Assembly: GCA_001465015.1 (NCBI GenBank)
Contig: LNEO01000242.1
Coordinates: forward strand, 32,896-96,895
Direction of reading: 5' to 3'
Length of the DNA stretch: 64,000 nt
Origin: Deltaproteobacteria bacterium Ga0077539
Lineage (GTDB): Bacteria > Myxococcota_A > Polyangia > Polyangiales > Ga0077539
The position numbers and the translations under genes were made by a program. Below are positions 58,530-64,000 of this stretch, piece by piece (position 1 is the first letter of the stretch; the number at the start of each line of letters is the position of its first letter). The notes below the pieces were generated by a model. That model did not search any database, was not told the origin of the DNA, and saw nothing but the letters and a program-made list of their open reading frames with translations.

Positions 58530-60038
58530 TCAGCGTGGTTCGAATGCGCCGATGGAGGGCGGCGCGCCCTGGCAGCGGCCGTCGTAGTCGCCGAGAACTC
58601 CGCCGGGCACCGACCTTCCTGCGCGCGCCGCGGGGCTCGACGCGTTGATGTGAAAGTCCTGCATCGCGCGGTTGGCGAACATGGGGTCGCGCTGAAAGAT
58701 CGTGCCCATCTCTGCGGGGATTCCATCGCTCACGACGGGGCCTGCGAACGTGGGCACGTCCAGCGAGTGCCAGAGGTTGTTGCCGAACACGAACGTCGCG
58801 GGGGCGGTGTTGCCGCCGACGTTGATGAAGGTCCGAAGCGCGGCGCGATTGAAGAGCACGATGTTGTTGACGAACAGACCGTTGCGGGACGGCACGAAGC
58901 GCGGGGCGGTGGTCTCTTGCAGGATCCGCACGACCCACGTCTGCGGCTCGATCACGGTGTTGTTGGCGAACACGCACGCGTCGCAGCCGACGTAGGCGAT
59001 GGCGGCGCCGCTGTTGGCTCCCGGTCGAATGAAGACGTTGGAGGTCACGCGGAGCTGCGCGGCTTCGTGCGGCGCGTCGATGGGACGAAAGAACTCGAGC
59101 CCCGTCGATCCTCCGGCGTTGATCGCGCGGCCGCGGACGTTCTCGAAGATGTTTCCGTGAATGGTGACGCGGGCGCTTCCTCCTTTGGCTTGAACGCCGC
59201 CAGACCCCGTCGTGTCGTGAAAGCGATTGCGCGCGATGAACCCGTCGTGACAGCCGACCATGTCGATCGCGTCGCCGGCGTTGCAGCTCGCGATGTCCGT
59301 CTCGAGCACCTGAAACTGGTCGAGGCCCGAGAGCTTGATGCAGTCGTTGTTTCCGCCGCTTCCGACGGCGTCGAAGCGAAGTCGTCGCATGATGACGTGG
59401 TGCGCAGGGGTGGCCGCGCTGCCTCCGTCATCGATGTTGAGCCCGTTGATGGTGGAGTTGCGGATCGTGAAGTTCTCGAGGACGAGCCAGGTCGGATCCG
59501 AGATGTGCAGCGCCTCGCCCATGCGCATCGCGTCGAGGACCACGGTGCCCTCGCCGACGATGGCGATCGGCTGGGTGGCGGTCCCGCGGAGGTTCGAGAG
59601 AAAGGCCGAGCCGGTGTAGGTGCCCGCGCGGAGTAGAATTCGTGTGCCTGGCATCGCGCGCATGGCCGCCGCGCGCAAGGTCGCGAAGGGGCGCGCGTCG
59701 GTGCCGTCGCCGCTCGTGTCGTTGCCGGAGGTGGCGACGTAGAGCGTGCGCGCGTAGGTGATTCCCTCGTCGAACGGCGCCGGGCCGCGACAGCCCGGAG
59801 CGCTCGCGTCGGGGGTGATCGCGTCGGGGGTGACGGCGTCCGTCGAGACGCTAGTGTCCGTCGCGAGGCCCGTGTCCGTTGGGACCGCGCCGTCGACGGG
59901 AGCGCTGTCCATCGGAGGCGTCGATCGATCATCGATCGAGCTGTCGCCCGTCGAGGCGTCCTGCGCGGGCGTCGAGCCGCAGGCGGCGAGCGAAAGCGTG
60001 AGCGCGAAGGCTGCAAACGAAGCGGGTGTCGTGCGCAT
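58530..60038 (-). CDS. Right-handed parallel beta-helix repeat lipoprotein (pectate-lyase-fold)
   Basis: Interior ATG at 60038. Lipobox TLSLAAC. Successive turns of the type NNDCIKLSG, DIASCNAGDAIDMVGCH, IARNRFHD and IHGNIFEN are characteristic of beta-helix proteins. Confidence 0.75.
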   Translation of the reverse strand: MRTTPASFAAFALTLSLAACGSTPAQDASTGDSSIDDRSTPPMDSAPVDGAVPTDTGLATDTSVSTDAVTPDAITPDASAPGCRGPAPFDEGITYARTLYVATSGNDTSGDGTDARPFATLRAAAMRAMPGTRILLRAGTYTGSAFLSNLRGTATQPIAIVGEGTVVLDAMRMGEALHISDPTWLVLENFTIRNSTINGLNIDDGGSAATPAHHVIMRRLRFDAVGSGGNNDCIKLSGLDQFQVLETDIASCNAGDAIDMVGCHDGFIARNRFHDTTGSGGVQAKGGSARVTIHGNIFENVRGRAINAGGSTGLEFFRPIDAPHEAAQLRVTSNVFIRPGANSGAAIAYVGCDACVFANNTVIEPQTWVVRILQETTAPRFVPSRNGLFVNNIVLFNRAALRTFINVGGNTAPATFVFGNNLWHSLDVPTFAGPVVSDGIPAEMGTIFQRDPMFANRAMQDFHINASSPAARAGRSVPGGVLGDYDGRCQGAPPSIGAFEPR

Positions 60039-60097
60039 TCCGATAGCGTGCACGATGCGCGCGCCGCGCGCGAGTGGGGTCGCGGTCCTCTCGGCTC

Positions 60098-60283
60098 GTA
60101 ACCGTTCAGGCCCCTCTTGCCTCTCATCGTTACCCAAACTGTATGAGGAAAAGTCCAGGCAGAACACGATCGACGCATTGCCGGGCCCCTTGGCTCCCGG
60201 GAATGCGTCGATCGCATTCTGCCTGGATTTTCTCTCGCGTTACGTGGGTAGCATTGAGGGGCAAGAGGGGCCTGAACGGTTAC
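60098..60283. repeat. ~186-bp imperfect inverted repeat (two ~90-nt arms) in a divergent intergenic region
   Basis: The outer arms are perfect: GTAACCGTTCAGGCCCCTCTTGCC (60098-60121) and GGCAAGAGGGGCCTGAACGGTTAC (60260-60283). The inner arms, 60154-60185 and 60196-60227, match at 29 of 32 positions. The middle ~32 nt of each arm matches only about half. The central loop is ~10 nt. Confidence 0.9.
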
Positions 60284-60372
60284 CTCGGCTCCCACGCCGG
60301 CCGGCAATGCTCGTCGCGTTCGCGGGCGTGGTTCGTTGGAGTGGGGGCGGGACGTGGGCTACCGTCGCACTC

Positions 60373-60654
60373 ATGACGGTCGCTTCAACGAAGGGTGGCT
60401 CTCGACGCTCTTCTCGCTTCGACCACGCGGTGCGCTTCGTGAGCGCGCTGTCCATGGGCGGACTCGGCGCGGCGCGCGGCTGCGGAGGCGGCACGATCAC
60501 GTACTGCGAGTGCCTAAGCGGGAGCGCTGGATCGGACGGCGGGCCCGGACGGTCGTCGCGCGCGTGCACGTCGAGCGAGCTCGACGCTGGCTGCAACACC
60601 ATCACGCGAGGCGAACCGTCGGGGCCGTTGCCCCCTCCCGAGCTGGCGACGTAG
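60373..60654 (+). CDS. Small hypothetical Gly/Ser/Cys-rich protein (weak call)
   Basis: Interior ATG at 60373 of ORF 59758-60654 (93 aa). I recognised no family, and its coding status is uncertain. Confidence 0.25.
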   Translation: MTVASTKGGSRRSSRFDHAVRFVSALSMGGLGAARGCGGGTITYCECLSGSAGSDGGPGRSSRACTSSELDAGCNTITRGEPSGPLPPPELAT

Positions 60655-60749
60655 TCGCAGTGCGCTTCACGGCGGAAGCGGACGTCGAGCGTGTGGGAGT
60701 TTCGTTGACGAAATAGCGCAGGATCGTCGGCCGATGAGCGCCGTTGAAT

Positions 60750-61577
60750 TCATCGCAGCCGCAGCTCGACCTGGTCGTTCGGCAGCGCGAGGAGCTCGAC
60801 GGCGCGCCCTGCGCCTACCTCTGCGATCGCTCTCGATCGCTCGTGCTCGGTCAGCGCGCGGCCGAGCCTCGCCTCGAACGTCGCGAGAACGAGCGCGATA
60901 CGCTCTCCTTCACGGCCCTCTTCGCGGCCCTCTTCGCGGCCCTCTTCGCGGCCCTCTTCACGGCCCTCTTCGCGGGCCTGTGCGCGGAGCTGCTCGATGT
61001 CCTTGTAGCCCGCGCGAGAGAGCAAGTTGCGCATGCTGACGTCGAGCGCGACGCCTCGGTCCCACAGCGCCGCAGCAGGCATTTTCTCCTGCAATACACC
61101 GGGCGCTTCGAGTTGATCCTGGCCCGTGTACGTCCGCACCGTGTCTCGGTCGGTGTAGACCTCGACGCGGCGCAGTCCCACGAGTCGAACGACCCACACG
61201 TACTTCGATCCTCCGGCGAAGTATTGGGCGATCTTTGTTTGGAGGTCGCCCTCTTTGGTTCCTTCGTCGGCGTACTCGACGGCGAGCGACGGCGCGCCTT
61301 CGGCCCAGCCCCCGTGGTCGGCAGGAACTCTTCCCACGCTTATGTCCGGAGCTCGCACGGTGTCTTCGCTCAGCTTGTGACCCACGTCGACGCCGAGCTC
61401 GATCACCATGGGGTCGGTAGCGAGCGGAAGGGCGCCGGTGATGTTGGCGTTGCCATGCCGTGTGCCCGCGGGAGCGAGCGCGACTGGGTGTCCGTTGGAG
61501 ATCTCGTAGTAGCCCCCAGGTTCGAGACCATCCGCCCGAAACGGCCCCGCCCCAGCCTTGTGCTTGCTGTCTACCAT
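60750..61577 (-). CDS. Uma2 (DUF820) family endonuclease with a C-terminal (REEG)n repeat and a DUF4351-like tail
   Basis: The pattern YYEISNGHPV...RAPDISV...APSLAVEYADEGT...KIAQYFAGGSKYVWVV matches the Uma2 PD-(D/E)xK-like core. It is followed by REEGREEGREEGREEGREEGREGE and IALVLATFEARLGRALTEHE. Confidence 0.7.
   Translation of the reverse strand: MVDSKHKAGAGPFRADGLEPGGYYEISNGHPVALAPAGTRHGNANITGALPLATDPMVIELGVDVGHKLSEDTVRAPDISVGRVPADHGGWAEGAPSLAVEYADEGTKEGDLQTKIAQYFAGGSKYVWVVRLVGLRRVEVYTDRDTVRTYTGQDQLEAPGVLQEKMPAAALWDRGVALDVSMRNLLSRAGYKDIEQLRAQAREEGREEGREEGREEGREEGREGERIALVLATFEARLGRALTEHERSRAIAEVGAGRAVELLALPNDQVELRLR
60912..60971. repeat. Five tandem 12-nt units encoding (REEG)5, within the Uma2-family gene
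   Basis: The plus strand reads (a/g)cggccctcttc five times. The translated minus strand reads REEGREEGREEGREEGREEG. Confidence 0.9.
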
Positions 61578-61694
61578 CGCGCGGAGAGTCTACTGCGTTT
61601 GCGTGGAGCGCGCTCGCCAGGGACCCTGGTGACCACTTCGCTGCAACACGTGACTCCGTCTCTCTGCAGCTCCCTCCTCGCGCTGCGGGCTGCG

Positions 61695-61943
61695 CTACTT
61701 CTTCTCGAGGTGCTCGCCCTTGGTGAGCGACTCGAGCCGATCGATCACGCGCTGTTGAAGCGAGCCCTTCTCTGCGGGCGCGGCAGTGATGGTGATCACG
61801 TAGGCGTCTCCCTCTCTCGGCGGCGCTGGCAAGAGCGACGCGGGGAGCTTGATGACCTCGCCGTCGGCGTCGAGCACCACGCGCCCTTCGTCGACGCTGG
61901 CCACGGTCGCTCGTACGAGCCTCGCTGTTCGCTCTTCGGTCAT
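61695..61943 (-). CDS. Small DUF3006-like protein
   Basis: Interior ATG at 61943 (82 aa). VRATVASVDEGRVVLDADGEVIKLPASLLPAPPREGDAYVITI resembles the DUF3006 pattern. It lies 5 nt downstream of the TPR gene stop. Confidence 0.4.
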   Translation of the reverse strand: MTEERTARLVRATVASVDEGRVVLDADGEVIKLPASLLPAPPREGDAYVITITAAPAEKGSLQQRVIDRLESLTKGEHLEKK

Positions 61944-61947
61944 CACG

Positions 61948-63360
61948 TTATCTCCGTGACGCCAGCGTACGCGACGAACGCGCCGCGCGCACAACGGGCG
62001 CGGGAGATTCGGGCTCGAGCCCGAGCCGCGCTCGAAGCCTCGCGCGCGCGTCGGGAGGCGTGAGCGCGAGCAGCCGCTCGGCCGCCGCTGGGTGCTGCGG
62101 CTGTCTCCGAAGCGCCTCGCGATAAGAGCGCGAAGCGGCGTCCCATTGCTGCAGCCCCTCGAGCGCGCGGCCGAGGTTGATCGAGGGGTTGGGGTCCTCT
62201 GGCAAAAGCGTGACCGCTTGTCTGAGGGCGCCGACCGCGGTCTCGAACTGGCCCGATTGGAGACGGAGCGCGCCGAGGCCGTTCCACGCTTCGCCGACGT
62301 GCGGAGCGCGCTGCGTGACCTCTTCGAACGCGCGCTGCGCGAGGTCGTTGCGCCCGAGTCGAGCGAGCGCGATCCCGAGGTTGGTGCGCGCGATCGCGTG
62401 CTCGGGGTCCCTCGCCAACGCTTGTCGAAAGGACTCCGCCGCGCGCTCGTACTGCTGATCGGCGAGGTCGAGCGCTCCCTGCGCGGCGAGCGGCGTCGCG
62501 TCGGTGGGCGCGAGCTGCGCGGCGCGAACCAGGACGTGTCGCGCGTTGGTGGCGCGCAGATCCGCGAGGACCACGCCGTACAAAACCCATCCGTCCGCGT
62601 AGTCCGGCGCGAGGCCCAGCGCGCGCGCGAGGGTGGATTTGGCCTCCTCGAGCTGTCCTTGCTCTCGCTGCGCGCGGGCCAGGTTCAAGAGGGCGACTTC
62701 TTTGTGCGGGTGCAGCTCGATCGCGCGCTCGAAGGCGCGCATCGCGCCGAGTCGATCGCCGACCGCGCTTCGGGCGAGGCCGAGGAGGTTGAGCGCCGCG
62801 CCCACGTTGGGGTTGTCCCGATCGAGCGCCTCGAGCACGTCGAGCGCCTCGTGCGCACGGCCTGCGTCGAGCAGCCACCCTGCGCGCAAGAGGCGCGCGC
62901 GGACTCGGAGGTTCTGGCTCGCGAGGGAGCCTCGCTGCATGCGCTCGATCGAACGCTCGGCCGCGCCGCGGTCGCCTCCGCTCGCGGCGGCTTGCGCTTG
63001 AACCACGAGCGCGAGCGGCTCGTCGGGCCGCAGCCTGAGCGCTCCGTCCGCGGCTTGCGCAGCGGCGGCGAGCTCTCCGCGCGCGAGCGAATCCAGCGCG
63101 TCGCACACGTGCTCGAGCGCGCGGGCCCTTCGGCTGGTCTCTTCGTCGATCCCGCCGCGAGCCATTTGAAATTGTGTGCGCGCTTCGCGGGTCGGCAGCG
63201 CGGTGAGCTCGGCGCGGTCAGTGATGGGGCGATCCAAGAGCGCGGCGCCCTCGGCTAGCGCAGCATCTGCGCGTCGCGCGTCTCGAACGCGCAAGCCCGC
63301 GGCGGCGACAGGAACCGCCAGGCACGCGACGACCGTGAGAGAGAGCAGCGTCTTTCGCAC
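61948..63360 (-). CDS. Secreted tetratricopeptide (TPR) repeat protein
   Basis: A GTG at 63360 gives a signal peptide (LLSLTVVACLAVPVAAAG). Repeated 34-aa A..A...ALxLxP......LG units follow throughout. Confidence 0.7.
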   Translation of the reverse strand: MRKTLLSLTVVACLAVPVAAAGLRVRDARRADAALAEGAALLDRPITDRAELTALPTREARTQFQMARGGIDEETSRRARALEHVCDALDSLARGELAAAAQAADGALRLRPDEPLALVVQAQAAASGGDRGAAERSIERMQRGSLASQNLRVRARLLRAGWLLDAGRAHEALDVLEALDRDNPNVGAALNLLGLARSAVGDRLGAMRAFERAIELHPHKEVALLNLARAQREQGQLEEAKSTLARALGLAPDYADGWVLYGVVLADLRATNARHVLVRAAQLAPTDATPLAAQGALDLADQQYERAAESFRQALARDPEHAIARTNLGIALARLGRNDLAQRAFEEVTQRAPHVGEAWNGLGALRLQSGQFETAVGALRQAVTLLPEDPNPSINLGRALEGLQQWDAASRSYREALRRQPQHPAAAERLLALTPPDARARLRARLGLEPESPAPVVRAARSSRTLASRR

Positions 63361-63450
63361 GATGAAGGTGAATGCAGACTGGCGCAGCTTTACGCAAGAA
63401 ATCGACAGGAAGCGCTCTGTTCGGGCAGGGCGCTCGGACCGATCGATCGT

Positions 63451-63472
63451 GAAGATTTGTAGAAGATTTGTA
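63451..63472. repeat. Perfect tandem duplication of GAAGATTTGTA upstream of the efflux adaptor gene (candidate operator or promoter element)
   Basis: gaagatttgta gaagatttgta, followed 12 nt later by a third TGTTGTAG. It sits in a locally A/T-rich intergenic region ~70 nt upstream of the ATG at 63541. Confidence 0.5.
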
Positions 63473-63540
63473 GAACCTCGCAATGTTGTAGCTTGCCAGC
63501 GGTTGTCGGGGCGTAAGAGCTACTGTTCGAGAGTCTAGCG

Positions 63541-64000
63541 ATGACTACAGCCAGCGATGTTTCTGCGCTCGCGAGCGCGCCCGGCGGTCCACCAGGGGCG
63601 GCGACGACTGACGCCGAGCTGCTCGCGGAGATCACGAAGAAGCGGTTTCCCTGGGGCTGGATGGCGTTGGTGCTGCTCGTCGTGGCCGGCGGCGCCGCGG
63701 TCTGGTGGCGGATGAAAGGGACCAAGCCCGCGCAGATTCGCTACGTGACGGCGCGGCTGACCATGGGCGAGGTCGTCGAGAGCATCGAGGCGACGGGCAC
63801 CGTGCAGCCGCTCTTGCAGGTGCAGGTCGGAGCGCAGGCCTCGGGCCGCGTCCTTCGAGTGCACACGGATTTCAATCAGACCGTGCGCGAGGGGCAGTTG
63901 TTGGCCGAGCTCGACCCAGACCCGTTTCAGACCAGGGTCAACGAGTCGCGCGCGGCCGAGGCCAGCGCGCGTGCATCGCTCGCTCGGGCGCGGGCCGACC
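63541..64000 (+). CDS. Efflux transporter periplasmic adaptor subunit (HlyD/MacA-like), 5' partial at the window end
   Basis: Read directly from the sequence; it has no stop and so is absent from the ORF track. MTTASDV..., then a TM anchor WMALVLLVVAGGAAVWW, then YVTARLTMGEVVESIEATGTVQPLLQVQVGAQASGRVLRVHTDFNQTVREGQLLAELDP, which is typical of RND/MacA adaptors. Confidence 0.8.
   Translation, partial: MTTASDVSALASAPGGPPGAATTDAELLAEITKKRFPWGWMALVLLVVAGGAAVWWRMKGTKPAQIRYVTARLTMGEVVESIEATGTVQPLLQVQVGAQASGRVLRVHTDFNQTVREGQLLAELDPDPFQTRVNESRAAEASARASLARARAD

Noticed and set aside
58537-58545. GGTTCGAAT, reminiscent of a tRNA T-arm
   Set aside because: It lies within the last codons of the beta-helix lipoprotein gene (…GAFEPR-stop on the minus strand). 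No acceptor or anticodon stems can be built around it.
60098-60283. Reading the large inverted repeat as a retron msr/msd locus, an IS element or a sigma-54 promoter
   Set aside because: No reverse transcriptase or transposase gene is nearby. The TGG-N10-GC spacing (CTGGATTTTCTCTCGC) exists only in the right arm and lacks the conserved TGGCAC/TTGC bases. None of these readings can be supported from sequence alone.

Overview
This is a 64-kb, very GC-rich bacterial chromosomal segment. The gene content suggests Myxococcota (inference): RCC1- and FG-GAP-repeat lipoproteins, myxobacterial Cys-rich repeats, DUF1592/DUF1552 and DUF1549-like/DUF1501 pairs, and GGDEF signalling. Because of the GC content, almost every real gene is shadowed by long spurious ORFs in other frames. 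I called genes from recognisable protein families, signal peptides or lipoboxes, ribosome-binding sites and stop-start coupling. Interior start codons were placed by counting codons in the supplied ORF track. Main content: (1) ctaA, a giant RCC1-repeat lipoprotein and a four-gene DUF1549-like/DUF1501/heme-c module (1-9.4 kb). (2) An atypical ClpA/C-like double AAA+ ATPase, recA and a GAF-GGDEF cyclase (10-18 kb). (3) A 13.5-kb respiratory supercluster, actABC(D)EF(G)-sco-ctaCDEF, that is Alternative Complex III plus a caa3 oxidase (22.4-35.8 kb). (4) An accessory-looking stretch of lipoproteins, zinc-ribbon proteins, a DUF1592/DUF1552 pair, an FG-GAP protein and a DTGV-repeat lipoprotein (36-49 kb). 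(5) LysR-pirin, an ABC-F ATPase, an FAD oxidoreductase, dienelactone hydrolase, gpmI, a beta-helix lipoprotein, a Uma2-family nuclease, a TPR protein and the start of an efflux adaptor (49-64 kb). I recognised no rRNA, tRNA, CRISPR array, transposase, integrase or phage gene. I did not find a clear-cut novel multi-gene system. The observations most worth follow-up are: actD is split by a frameshift; CoxII has a 25-residue insertion inside its CuA loop; a ~186-bp imperfect inverted repeat sits between two divergent genes; a degenerate duplicate of the DUF1552 3' end flanks the FG-GAP gene; and the Clp-like ATPase has unrecognised N- and C-terminal domains.
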